A DNA stretch of 64,000 bases from an uncultured Nitrososphaerota archaeon (GCA_964416155.1 CAYQCW010000007.1:25217-89216), one strand, 5' to 3'; shown: positions 29,159 to 39,108, numbered from the stretch's first letter. The notes: generated by a model from the letters alone, not told the origin. Translations and numbers: made by a program.

Positions 29159-29572
29159 CGGACTTATACTGGCGCGTGGAGCGTTTTCGTCAGTTTTTCT
29201 AGGTTTGTAATTGACTCCAGAAATGATTTTGGACTGCAGCAGCATGCCACACATACCTACTAGCTTTGTGAGTTTCACAAGTCTGTGTTCTAGACCTTAA
29301 AATCTTCCTTTACGCTCATTCAGAGAGCATTTTCCAGAAAGGACATAGGATTGTGTCGTAACCCCGATAATTTAAACCGATACGTGAACCTATCCCGGGC
29401 TACTAGAATGGTTTAAAGCGTTATTTTCAATGCTGCTCATTGTTAAGCCATATACGTGTGTGTCTGAAGACTCGGTTAGTGGAAACACGTGTTAAGAAAC
29501 CCCGATAAACATTGAAAACGGGCAAATACTCCCCGCGTGTGCTAAATGCTCGATTAGAATTGTAATTAGCGT

Positions 29573-31321
29573 TTATGGAATTAATTTTCCTAAAGCAGAG
29601 TGTACGTCGCCCGCAGCCGTTTCCCTTCTCTTCCTGTTCTCCTTCAAGTATTTTCCAGCAAGGTTTTCGAAAACGCTTCTCGTAATACGTCCTCCTCTAA
29701 ACCTTTCGATAGTGTTGTTAATCATGTTTTTAGAGTCGCCGTTTATTTCCTCGAAGACCCTGTAGCGTCTCTCAACCTCCTCGCCTACCCTGCTGTTTAT
29801 TCGGGAGACCTCCTCGATTGTTTTCAAAATCTTCTTCTCAGCTTTCGATGTTCTCCGCTCGTATTCTCCAACCCTCTCCCTATACTCTTTGGAAGAAATC
29901 CTTCCAACAGCGTTTTTAACCTTAACTTCCTCCAAGAGAGTTTCGCAATCAACTTTTTCCCGGAGAGCCTCAACCAAATCGTTCACAAGCCTCTCAACCT
30001 CTTTCCCTCTCTTGGCTTCAACAGGCTTCGCCGCCTCCTCCCTGAAGATCTCAGCCACCATCAGTACGAGCAGCGTCAATAGGCCTAGGAGCATTGAGAT
30101 GCTTTTACCAGCCTCTAGCTGTGCCGAGGAGAAACTTACTTGAAACTGCTGAGCCAGCATGTCCGGCATAGCGTTGCGCATCGTGAGAGAGAACACTCCA
30201 CCGTTTTCAATGCGTGCAAGGGTTGATTCCGCCTCTATCTTCCAGCTTTTCGCACCCTCCACTTTCACGCTTAAAAAGTATGTTTCAACGATATCCGTAT
30301 AGTTGGGCAAGCCTGTTAGTCGAATAGTGGTTAAACCCCCGCTCGAGCTCACAAGCATGTTTTTAACAGGAACGCTGTATTCAACTATTGCTTCATACTC
30401 CTGGCCTGGTCTCAAGGAGTATCTCGAATAAACCGTTATAACACTCGTATTAGCCGCTGTCGATGCGCTAGTGGAGGTTTGAAGCGCCCCCAGCGCATCC
30501 TTCACCCTAACTGATCGATTAATATTGATAGGCACGTTTATCTTCAGTATTTCGCTCCTGTAGGAGATCCCCACGTATTTCAGCCTCAACACGTCTTTCA
30601 CATTGACCTGGAGCTGCTCCGTCACAGTTATCTCCCTAGCTAGGCTTTTTATCACACACCTGTCGAACGGTTTAGAGAAAACTACTCTACCAGTCACATT
30701 GCCCACAGTCTCCGTCCTGAAATACTGGTTCCATAATCCTATTACAGTGTCGTTCAGGAAAATAGGGTTAAAGTACTGCAGATAGTATCCTTTAATCGCG
30801 CCCGTGGTTAGGAAGGTGAAGTTAACGTATTCAGGCATTATGCTAAAGCCTGTTAAAACCGGTAGCTTAAACCCCACGTAGTCTTCAGCAATATCGCCGC
30901 GTTGAATCAAGCCGAACCTGACTGTAGCGTTCAGCCGTTCAACCTGAAAAGGAGGAAGCTCCGCAACCAAGTAATCATAATCCTCAGCCTCCTCGAGCCT
31001 CAGAGCTATTTTCTCCCCGTTCTCAAGGAATAGTTTAGGCATGTCTGTGGAGAAAACAAGGTTTGGAGCCGCCCATTTCGGAAGCTGTATCTTAAAAGTC
31101 CAGTTGGCCTCGCCTAATGCTCTCATCGTCTTCGGCCCCATCGTCAGGTTCACGTTGAAAACGGCAATCGCCTCCTCATTCATGTTAGCCTTCACATAAA
31201 CATAGAGGTCTGACAGCTCGAAGAACTGGCCTGAAGTCTTTATGCTTAGGAGAAGGCTGGAAACCAGTATTAGAACCAGTATGGGGACGAGCTTACACCC
31301 GGTTTTTCTACGCGGCTGCAT
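29573..31321 (-). CDS. Type-I membrane protein: signal peptide, ~400-aa extracellular domain, one TM, ~170-aa charged coiled-coil cytoplasmic tail
   Basis: Signal peptide LVPILVLILVSSLLLS, TM LLGLLTLLVLMV, tail rich in E/K/R heptads. Confidence 0.5.
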   Translation of the reverse strand: MQPRRKTGCKLVPILVLILVSSLLLSIKTSGQFFELSDLYVYVKANMNEEAIAVFNVNLTMGPKTMRALGEANWTFKIQLPKWAAPNLVFSTDMPKLFLENGEKIALRLEEAEDYDYLVAELPPFQVERLNATVRFGLIQRGDIAEDYVGFKLPVLTGFSIMPEYVNFTFLTTGAIKGYYLQYFNPIFLNDTVIGLWNQYFRTETVGNVTGRVVFSKPFDRCVIKSLAREITVTEQLQVNVKDVLRLKYVGISYRSEILKINVPININRSVRVKDALGALQTSTSASTAANTSVITVYSRYSLRPGQEYEAIVEYSVPVKNMLVSSSGGLTTIRLTGLPNYTDIVETYFLSVKVEGAKSWKIEAESTLARIENGGVFSLTMRNAMPDMLAQQFQVSFSSAQLEAGKSISMLLGLLTLLVLMVAEIFREEAAKPVEAKRGKEVERLVNDLVEALREKVDCETLLEEVKVKNAVGRISSKEYRERVGEYERRTSKAEKKILKTIEEVSRINSRVGEEVERRYRVFEEINGDSKNMINNTIERFRGGRITRSVFENLAGKYLKENRKRRETAAGDVHSALGKLIP

Positions 31322-31383
31322 CGCTAGCCGTATTTACACGCGGGTTAAAAATCTTTATTTTAAAGCCCAGCTGAGCTTAAACG

Positions 31384-32097
31384 ATGCTTCAAAACTACGT
31401 GTCGAAGAAGGCTATTATTCGCAAGACAGTCAGGTTTGAAGGGAACAATCTGGTTCTAGGTGGGAGCGAGATAGGGGAGGGAACCTACATCGGGTTCAAC
31501 ACGATAATAGGGTATCCTTCTAAGAGGAGTTTTTCAAGCCTAAGAGCCATGCCGGAAGACCTCGACGTTCTCGACGAATTGTCAAGCGGCACGAAAATAG
31601 GCTCCACGTGCCTAATAAGGTCGGGAAGCGTGGTCTACGAGAATGTTGTCATTGACAGGAGCCTCGTAACCGGCCACAATATTCTGATCAGGGAGGGGAG
31701 CAGGATCGGGGAGAACTGTTTGATAGGCACAGGCTCCATGCTCGACGGAAGCGTTTCAATAGGCAACAACGTTAGAATACAGTCAGGCGTGTATCTTCCA
31801 CACGGCACCGTTATTGGCGAAAACGTTTTCATAGGGCCCTACGCGTGCGTCACTAATGATCGCTACCCGGTTTCAGGCAGGCTGACCCCTGTTGTGATAG
31901 GCAACGGCTGCGTGATAGGGGCTAACTCAACGCTCATATCCGGGGTACGCGTTGGTGATAATTCTGTGGTTGCAGCGGGCTCCGTAGTCACTAGGGATGT
32001 TCCTCCAAACACGGTTGTCCTAGGCGTACCGGCAAGAATATATATCACTAGGGAAGAATACGAGGCGAGGAGGAAGAAGCATGAGCAAGGAGTCTGA
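31384..32097 (+). CDS. Left-handed beta-helix (hexapeptide-repeat) acyltransferase
   Basis: Repeated [LIV]G-x-x-x-x hexapeptides throughout (IGENCLIGTGSMLDGSVSIGNNVRI...). Confidence 0.7.
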   Translation: MLQNYVSKKAIIRKTVRFEGNNLVLGGSEIGEGTYIGFNTIIGYPSKRSFSSLRAMPEDLDVLDELSSGTKIGSTCLIRSGSVVYENVVIDRSLVTGHNILIREGSRIGENCLIGTGSMLDGSVSIGNNVRIQSGVYLPHGTVIGENVFIGPYACVTNDRYPVSGRLTPVVIGNGCVIGANSTLISGVRVGDNSVVAAGSVVTRDVPPNTVVLGVPARIYITREEYEARRKKHEQGV

Positions 32098-32374
32098 CGT
32101 GCTTTCAGAGGTTAAGAAGGCGGTTTCCAATGTTGTCGACCCCGAGATAGGGCTAACCCTTGGAGAACTAAACCTTATCAAAGACGTTAGAAGGGAGGAC
32201 GGCAACATAATCGTGGAATTCGTCGCAACAACACCCTTCTGCCCCTTGGCAGAGATCCTGGCCCTGATGGTTAAAGACGCAGCGAACACGGTGGTTAAAG
32301 ACGAGAAGATCCTAGTTTACATTAGGAAACACGTTAACGAGGAAGGCATTAACGAGCGGATAAACAGGGATTAA
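32081..32374 (+). CDS. MIP18/DUF59-family Fe-S assembly protein
   Basis: VVDPEIGLTLGELNLIKDV...TTPFCP conserved Cys motif. Confidence 0.65.
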   Translation: MSKESDVLSEVKKAVSNVVDPEIGLTLGELNLIKDVRREDGNIIVEFVATTPFCPLAEILALMVKDAANTVVKDEKILVYIRKHVNEEGINERINRD

Positions 32375-32429
32375 TCGGGTTTAAAAGATATCCCGCTGAA
32401 CCCTTTCTGTTTCTATGTTTGAACAGATT

Positions 32430-32621
32430 CTAATGTTTACTATCCTTTCCGTACTTTTTAATCAGCCTGTAAACCGCTGCCGCGTAAAACGGCAGTGTCA
32501 GCATCGTTAAAACCATTGATTCAACCGCTTGGGAAAGCAACCCAAACCGAGTAGCCCTAGAATACACTGCGCTAAAAAATAGTGCAAACGATAATGAGAG
32601 TGTGAATAGAGCTAGGAACAT
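32430..32621 (-). CDS. Small membrane protein
   Basis: 63 aa, two TM segments. Confidence 0.25.
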   Translation of the reverse strand: MFLALFTLSLSFALFFSAVYSRATRFGLLSQAVESMVLTMLTLPFYAAAVYRLIKKYGKDSKH

Positions 32622-33005
32622 TACGCTTCTCCTCTTCGCCTTGAACTGTTTAATAATTACTCCGATAAGATAATGGATTAGAAGAACAGCCAGCTGCCAG
32701 AAATATTACGCCGCTTTCATTAAGATTCCAGAGGCAGGACGGCAGATAGAACAAGGAAGAAAATATGAGCCACCCTATAAGCAAGGGTGACAGCTCCTGT
32801 GGTTCCTCAAGCATGCTACTGGGCTTCCCCCTATACAGGTTCCTAGATCCTCTTATGATCCGTTTTTCAAACCCGGCGTAGCGAACAGTAGAAACCTACT
32901 TCATCACCCATCCCCGCAAAGCCGAGTATGCTGATAAAAGCGCGCTGCACGACTTAACCTTTCCACTGTGTTTAACTAGTTAAAACCACGAATATCATCG
33001 CTAAC

Positions 33006-34055
33006 TTAATAGAGCCTGTATCTTAAAATTCCCACTATGCCGCCGATCCTCCTAAGTTTCTCCGCCGACTCGTGTCTGCCGCTGACTATTGTTACTTCAC
33101 CACCATACTGTTCGACAAGTCTTATCATCTCCATCACTCTCTCCCTCAGGAAGCCCGACTGGGAGGCTAGCTTAACGTGTATTATCAGCTGGCTTACCGC
33201 CCCTTTTTCAACAGCCTTCCATGTTTCCTCCAGACCGTAGACAGCCTTCTCCTCAACCAGGCTCTCAAAAAAGCTTTCTATAGCCTTTATCTCGTCGACA
33301 ACCTTCAACTCCCTCGCCACAACCTTCATCTCATTGCTCCTCAGAAACTCGTTTACCGCCGATATTGTTCCCCCGGAAGAGTGGAAGCATCCAGCTACAG
33401 AGGCTTGAAGATCCCTATACTTGCTCTCCATGAGTTTCAAAAGGGCTTCGCGCGTGACGCTGGGGCCTACCAGAATTATCTTCGGCCCACCCTCCTTAAT
33501 CCAGACGCCTCTAAGAGTCTTCAACACTTCCTGGAAAAATCTTACGGCCAAGGCCTCACGCTCCTCAGGAAAGTTTTTCCCAGGAATACTCTGCTCAACC
33601 TCGAGGCTTTCAACAATCCCGTAGTCCTTCACAACAGCCAGCGTAGCGGTTCCAAGCTCAACCGCCACGACAATATACTTCTTCGTGTTCACATCCCGGC
33701 TTAGAATCCTCCTGTGAACAGGAGAGAGCTCCTGCTTCTCAACCACAACTCTGTCCCCCACGCCTATAGTGAGAGTATGATAATGGCCTAGAACACCCTC
33801 CATGTCATCCGGGCATTCTAAAACCCTGCCCCTGAGCTGAATGGTTTCCGACGAAACTTCGAACTCAATCTTCTCAACCATTATTTTCAAAAGAGCCTTG
33901 CGCCTGCTCTTTTCGCCCTTATCAATCTTCAATATTCGCACGGTTTCCGCTGAAGCCAAGTCGCCCTCTTCAATAAGGTGATACACATTCCACAACTCCT
34001 CCCCGGAGAACGGCCTTATCTCTAAGATACCTTTATCATAATCCACTTTAATCAT
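33006..34055 (-). CDS. pelA: Pelota (Dom34 homolog), mRNA surveillance factor
   Basis: 349 aa. N-terminal EELWNVYHLIEEGDL, central and eRF1-like domains, C-terminal GIVGILRYRLY as in Pelota proteins. Confidence 0.9.
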   Translation of the reverse strand: MIKVDYDKGILEIRPFSGEELWNVYHLIEEGDLASAETVRILKIDKGEKSRRKALLKIMVEKIEFEVSSETIQLRGRVLECPDDMEGVLGHYHTLTIGVGDRVVVEKQELSPVHRRILSRDVNTKKYIVVAVELGTATLAVVKDYGIVESLEVEQSIPGKNFPEEREALAVRFFQEVLKTLRGVWIKEGGPKIILVGPSVTREALLKLMESKYRDLQASVAGCFHSSGGTISAVNEFLRSNEMKVVARELKVVDEIKAIESFFESLVEEKAVYGLEETWKAVEKGAVSQLIIHVKLASQSGFLRERVMEMIRLVEQYGGEVTIVSGRHESAEKLRRIGGIVGILRYRLY

Positions 34056-34361
34056 CTAAAACCCTTCTCCCCCGTCTTAACAGTAAAGCCATCCGCCAAT
34101 CCAGCTGCTAAGCATGAGGCGAAAATATAAGTATTATTAACAAAACGCATGATTGCTACCATAAGAATTATAACTCTTTGTGAAGATTACGGCTGTATAA
34201 ACAGAATTTATTGTAACTGAATATCAGTCAGCCTTGTAACGAGAACGTTTATAATGCTCAATAGGAAGACTCTTTTTTAGAAAATGTGTCGAAGGGGCTT
34301 ATCAATGGTTTATTTATGCAAAAATAATGTTTTTATACTTTTAGACCATTTCAAATAAAGA

Positions 34362-37079
34362 ATGGTGAGGAGAAGAATATTGATAATGCTCTTCGTCTTC
34401 ACACTGATTACACAACCATTTTACCAATTATATGAAACGGCCTCTCAAGCATCTCCGGAAGCTTTTGAAGGCACCGGTCCAGTTTTACAGTCTAGAATTA
34501 TTACACAGAGTTCCATAGCTACCTTCATTAAGAAAAAGGTTATACTTCCCAGTTATCAGTATGCTTCAGATAAAATAGAGTATCCTATTCCTGAGAATTC
34601 AGTTACCTTTGGAACATTCGGCCCCGCAACATGGAGCAACCTTTACTGGACGACGAGAGATTATCAAAGCCCTATTAAAGATGGTTTCACTCTTTTCTCG
34701 AACGAGGTCTTCCAGATACGTTACACTCCCTTCGTCGAAGGCGACTACTTCAGGATTAACAGCACCTATCCATGGATTCTCCAGAACTTCACTGTTCCAT
34801 CCTCCTATGATAATTTTGAAGTTAAATATGTTTGGCTGGTTGTAAGGGTTTACTCTGGAAGCGTGAGGCTTCACGCAGAAATATGGAACTATGGAATGAT
34901 TAGTTTCGGGACCTCCACGGAGTCGGTGACTGTAACAGGTCCCTACGATTGGTGGATCGCCATGAAGATGATTAACCCAAGAGCCTTATATGCAGGCAAT
35001 GTCTACAGGCTTGAAGTAGTTTGGGAAACAGGTTCCGGAGCTGATTTGAAACTACTAAGTAGTCCTAAGGATGTTGACGATAACGCGCAGGGCAATGCCA
35101 GATTTTTCAACACGACTTCCGGCAATGTGGAGAACATAGTTGGGAAGATGCTTGAAGGAGCCCTTACTCATCCAGTCAGCAGCACCTACTCGACCAGTTT
35201 CAGCTCATGGGCTAGAGCCCTCTCTCTGCAAAGCTATCGGATCTATCTTCACGGCCGCAACATACCTAGGAGCAGCATAATGATGAAGGTCAGATCAGCG
35301 GCCTTTGGCACTGGAGAGACCCCTGAGATACGTTTAACATACCCGTTGGATGAGCTGGCGTTTTGGACAGTGGTTCAGGGCTCGACAAGCTTCTCAGGAG
35401 GAACTGTTGAAGTATCTTCCAACTTAATGTCGGTAGAGCAGAGCAGAACCTCATATGATGGAAATCATCCGCCGCCCTTCTACAGACCTTTCGCCTCCCT
35501 ATCAATATTCACGGATAATGCTGGTAAGCCTTGGGGAGAATGGGAGATAAGCGGAGGAACATGGGAAGCATATGTTGGAGACGCTTATAGTAGCCTCTAT
35601 GCTCTGCCGACTTACAGAGTTGAACAGAAGGAGTTTGGTTTAAAAGCCACCTACCCGCTCTTCTTCTATTCTCCGGCTTCACCCTCCTACGGCTTCCTGA
35701 ACTTTACAGCGAGGTTCAATTATACTATTGAGGTCTCCTCCCCAGGGCCAGAATTCTACTCCAGCTACTCCGTTTCACCCCGAAGCAACGCGTCCTGGAA
35801 TATTTCTAATATGCTCCTCTCTTTCTCAGCCTCACCCCACTCTTCCGTAACCATCAAAATAGGGCCGGTTCCGAGAGACTGGGTTGTTCAAAGAGCATTC
35901 GTCACCCCGGGTGCAGGCGGTGGAACACCTTCCGTATCTATTGTGAACGATGACATAACGATAAATGGAATAGTAATGGGGGCATCTAACACGTATTTCG
36001 GTAGGGCGGAAATCCGTGTGAAAGCAGACAACTATTTGGAGACTCAATCAGCCTACGTAAGGTTCAGGTGGATGAATACCTACTCCTCAGTCTTCCTGTT
36101 GAACGACACCATAAGGATAGAGGCGAGAGCAGCCTCAGCCAACCCGAGTTTCCCCCCGGGAGTGATCTTGATCAAGGCGGTTGGACCAGCGGGAGTTTTA
36201 TTCAACCAGTCTTTAAACCAGCTTGATCAAAACGGAGTGGTCACCGGAAGCCTCCGTCTAAGCCAGGCAGGACAATACTTGGTTAGCGTGACATATGTTT
36301 CGTCAGACGGTCTTAGAGTAGGAGCAGCAGAAGCCTCTTTCAATACTTTAAGAATCTCCGTGTTCATCGATAAGGATATCGTCCTATTAAGCTCCCCCAC
36401 TCTCACTGTTGAACTAAACTCTTCAGACGTTTCGCCGATAAGCTCAGCTAGGTTTGTCTTAACATCTCCCAACGGCTCAACCAGGATACTTATGTTCGAC
36501 CAAGCGGGTGGCAGATTCATCAGAGAACTATCTTTCTCGCAGACAGACCCTTCTGCCATAGGCAACTGGAGTATTTTCCCCTTAGTATCCTTTGAAAACG
36601 GGGTTGGTAGAGAATTACTCGCGGTCAGCTTCTTATTAGTGGACGATATCCCGCCAACCATATCTAACATAACACGCCTACCAGTGGAAGTGACGTTCAT
36701 AGAGGAGGTTAACATCACGTGCACAGTTGCCGACAAGGGTACAGGAGTCAGGACAGTCCTAGTCTCCTACAGCTTTGGAGGCGTGACTGGTAACGTGACT
36801 GCTAAACAAGTAGGACCCAGCAAGTATTCCGCCGTAATCCCGAGGCATCCTCCCCTCACCATGGTTTCATACAGGGTCTACGCAATCGACAACAGTGGGA
36901 ATATAAGCATCTCTGAGAACCTTGCCTACAGCGTTGGGATACCCCTATGGCTTCTAATTCTAGTGGTGCTGGCTTTATCCTCAGCCGTACTAATAACATG
37001 GCTGTACTTGAAAAAACGCACGCCGCCTCCATCACCGCCGCCCCCTCCTCCTACCCCTGAGATAAGTAGCCCCATATAG
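34362..37079 (+). CDS. Large (905 aa) extracellular/surface protein with C-terminal TM anchor and Pro-rich tail
   Basis: N-terminal signal sequence, many N-x-S/T sequons, C-terminal TM (IPLWLLILVVLALSSAVLITWLYL) followed by PPPSPPPPPPTPE. Confidence 0.5.
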   Translation: MVRRRILIMLFVFTLITQPFYQLYETASQASPEAFEGTGPVLQSRIITQSSIATFIKKKVILPSYQYASDKIEYPIPENSVTFGTFGPATWSNLYWTTRDYQSPIKDGFTLFSNEVFQIRYTPFVEGDYFRINSTYPWILQNFTVPSSYDNFEVKYVWLVVRVYSGSVRLHAEIWNYGMISFGTSTESVTVTGPYDWWIAMKMINPRALYAGNVYRLEVVWETGSGADLKLLSSPKDVDDNAQGNARFFNTTSGNVENIVGKMLEGALTHPVSSTYSTSFSSWARALSLQSYRIYLHGRNIPRSSIMMKVRSAAFGTGETPEIRLTYPLDELAFWTVVQGSTSFSGGTVEVSSNLMSVEQSRTSYDGNHPPPFYRPFASLSIFTDNAGKPWGEWEISGGTWEAYVGDAYSSLYALPTYRVEQKEFGLKATYPLFFYSPASPSYGFLNFTARFNYTIEVSSPGPEFYSSYSVSPRSNASWNISNMLLSFSASPHSSVTIKIGPVPRDWVVQRAFVTPGAGGGTPSVSIVNDDITINGIVMGASNTYFGRAEIRVKADNYLETQSAYVRFRWMNTYSSVFLLNDTIRIEARAASANPSFPPGVILIKAVGPAGVLFNQSLNQLDQNGVVTGSLRLSQAGQYLVSVTYVSSDGLRVGAAEASFNTLRISVFIDKDIVLLSSPTLTVELNSSDVSPISSARFVLTSPNGSTRILMFDQAGGRFIRELSFSQTDPSAIGNWSIFPLVSFENGVGRELLAVSFLLVDDIPPTISNITRLPVEVTFIEEVNITCTVADKGTGVRTVLVSYSFGGVTGNVTAKQVGPSKYSAVIPRHPPLTMVSYRVYAIDNSGNISISENLAYSVGIPLWLLILVVLALSSAVLITWLYLKKRTPPPSPPPPPPTPEISSPI

Positions 37080-37206
37080 AAAATAATAAGCTTCTCAGAT
37101 AAGATGTATTCTTTCTTATTTCGACTCTTGGTAAAATGGATACTTATTCATTCGACTTAAAGATCGAGAAGAGTAACTGCCACGCATGTCAGAATTTGAA
37201 CATAAG

Positions 37207-37309
37207 CGCCGGCGGGAAGACTCGAACTTCCGACCAACGGGTTAACAGCCTCAGCCTCTTTCCGAGCCCGCTGCTGTGGGCCTTAAACTACCTGCTGAGC
37301 TACGCCGGC
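37207..37309 (-). tRNA. tRNA-Pro (anticodon CGG, tentative) with two introns (12-nt at 22/23 and 18-nt canonical)
   Basis: Acceptor GCCGGCG/CGCCGGC. D-arm GCTCAGCAGGTAG[TTTAAGGCCCAC]AGC. Anticodon arm GCGGG CTCGGA[18 nt]A CCCGT. T-arm GGAAGTTCGAGTCTTCC. 103 nt. A37 rather than G37 makes the identity less certain. Confidence 0.55.
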
Positions 37310-37347
37310 GCAGCTTAACGTTAAACGTCTGGGCTTAAAATATTTTT

Positions 37348-37605
37348 CTATTCTCTAACTCTAAGCCTGAAAATAAGTCCGATTACGCCTAGAAGCGTTA
37401 CCACTATGCTGGCGAACAGGAAAAACGGGTATGTGATTCCTAATGCTTCCCCCGTGTTCACAGTGTAGAATAGCAGTACGGCTCCGCAGCAGGTTAAGAG
37501 GGCTGCGAACAGTTTCGCCGCAACGATGCTTGGTTTCAAATCGCCTTTACGCTTTAAATCCTTAAGATAAATCTTTCCCCGAAGCCTCCCCCCACATTTG
37601 AACAT
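37348..37605 (-). CDS. Small membrane protein
   Basis: 85 aa, two TM helices. Confidence 0.3.
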   Translation of the reverse strand: MFKCGGRLRGKIYLKDLKRKGDLKPSIVAAKLFAALLTCCGAVLLFYTVNTGEALGITYPFFLFASIVVTLLGVIGLIFRLRVRE

Positions 37606-37617
37606 TAGTCCACTATT

Positions 37618-38670
37618 TTACGCCAGTCTTTTCTTAAGGTATACGTCGACCATGAACGATAAGCCGTACTTGCTGAAAGCCTCCTGTTCAGCCTTCCTCT
37701 TTATCTGGAAGAACATGTCTATCTCCCTCTTCCATGGGTCCTTAGCATACCTCTTATCCTTCTTAAGCTCGTTCAGCCTTTTGATATCCACGTCTAGAAG
37801 CTTAGTGCTTGGAAGCTTATAATCCTCTATGTCTGAAGCGTAGACGCCCATCCACCTAGCCTTCGGCGTAGCCAGCTCAGGCACGTGCGCAGCGTTGGCT
37901 GAGCCTGAGATTATGACTTGCGCGATATGCAGCCCCCATGGATCCGCGTCGGTGAAAATATACACAGGCAGGTCTAGCTCCACGTTAAGCCTCCTTATCA
38001 GGCGTCGCGTGGCGCGCGGCGCCTGCCCAGCAGTATGGATCAGAATAGCGTTGTACTTTTTCCAGGCCTTCTCCTCAACGAACCTTGTGAACATGGCACC
38101 TTTCTCGATGCAGAGAACCTTGTCAGTGGAGGTTTTCACGAACCTGGCGGTGGCTAGCGCCGGGCCTATCATCAACCCGTCGGGGTGTGAAGTCAGATTA
38201 ATCTTCTTTCCCTCGTAGCCTTTCACAGTGTACTCGATGGTTAGGTCTGCGAATATGGCACTCCTCTCCTCAGGATAAATGTTGAAATCCTCCCTGGGCG
38301 AGCCTGCTACGGATTCAAGCTCGGTTATTATCCTGTCCGACTCGCTCTGATCCTCGAAGCCAAGGTCTACGCCCTCAGCCATGTAGAAAACATCTCTCAG
38401 CGTACTGGTCTTATCCTCGTCGATAAGCTTCCTCGCTAGGCTTGCAACCCATACGAGCTGGGTTAAAGGCTTCAAGTGCTTCACGTTGCGCGAGGTGCGA
38501 ACCGCCTTCTTAGGCCCTAGGACATAATGGCCCTTCTTCTCGTCGAAGATAATGTTGTCAACAGTCCTCAGAGGGAGCTCCAGCGAAGGAGGCTGCCTAT
38601 TCTCCACCTGCTTAAGTATTTCAAGAGCTAGACCCACTATGTTCTTCCTAGCCTTAGACTCCTTTTTCAT
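37618..38670 (-). CDS. top6A: DNA topoisomerase VI subunit A (Spo11 homolog)
   Basis: Toprim YIFTDADPWGLHI (DxDxxG), winged-helix region with catalytic Tyr context, 350 aa. Confidence 0.85.
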   Translation of the reverse strand: MKKESKARKNIVGLALEILKQVENRQPPSLELPLRTVDNIIFDEKKGHYVLGPKKAVRTSRNVKHLKPLTQLVWVASLARKLIDEDKTSTLRDVFYMAEGVDLGFEDQSESDRIITELESVAGSPREDFNIYPEERSAIFADLTIEYTVKGYEGKKINLTSHPDGLMIGPALATARFVKTSTDKVLCIEKGAMFTRFVEEKAWKKYNAILIHTAGQAPRATRRLIRRLNVELDLPVYIFTDADPWGLHIAQVIISGSANAAHVPELATPKARWMGVYASDIEDYKLPSTKLLDVDIKRLNELKKDKRYAKDPWKREIDMFFQIKRKAEQEAFSKYGLSFMVDVYLKKRLA

Positions 38671-38737
38671 TGTTTCTGAGGCCAGAGTGAAAAGGGGCTT
38701 ATTAAAGTATCCATCTAAATCCTGAGCTTCATGAGTC

Positions 38738-39108
38738 GGGGGCTAGGCCCGATGGAAACGTATTTATGATGCCTCTCACAATCTTTTCCTGGGCGGCAGG
38801 TAGGCTCGGGGAGCTCGCCATTCCCTGAACCCGAAACTGGCGACACGCGGGGAGCCGATAACCGTGGGGACAGGGCTGCCTCAACGCAACCGGCTGCAAC
38901 AGGTCTGTGAAAGCCATCCTTACTGGGCAGGAGTAGCAGGCTCGCCTGCCGTAGGGTGGGCGCGTCTGCCTAATTACCGAATCCGCTAGGCCCGGGAGGG
39001 AGCAACGGTCTGGTAAGCTACCTGCGTTGGTAAGGGATGGCTGGAGGGTAAACCTGTTGCGTGTGGGTTGTGATGGAGGGGCTCGACCCTCATGGGGCTG
39101 CCGCCTCT
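38738..39108 (+). ncRNA. Signal recognition particle RNA (7S/SRP RNA)
   Basis: GC-rich ~370-nt noncoding stretch with the helix-8 (domain IV) signature AGGCCCGGGAGGGAGCAACGG, comparable to conserved AGGUCCGGAAGGAAGCAGCC, and Alu-domain-like GGCGGCAGGTAGGCTCGGGG. A T-rich tract follows. End coordinates approximate. Confidence 0.65.

Larger units (their letters stand above)
27913..29403 (+). mobile_element. Putative remnant of an integrated element at the tRNA-Gln 3' end, bounded by att-like imperfect direct repeat
   Basis: gaatctcTCCCGGGCTAC (27893-27910, tRNA 3' end) versus gaacctaTCCCGGGCTAC (29386-29403) match 16/18. Interval is AT-rich and holds an HTH protein and a polytopic membrane protein. 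Confidence 0.35.

Noticed and set aside
37136-37318. 60-aa plus-strand ORF
   Set aside because: Antisense to tRNA-Pro.
38729-38917. 62-aa minus-strand ORF
   Set aside because: Lies inside the SRP RNA gene.
38738-39108. RNase P RNA hypothesis for the GC-rich noncoding block
   Set aside because: Strings resembling P-RNA (GGTAAGGG, GGGTAAACC) are short. The SRP helix-8 motif AGGCCCGGGAGGGAGCAACGG is a better and longer match. Needs Rfam confirmation.
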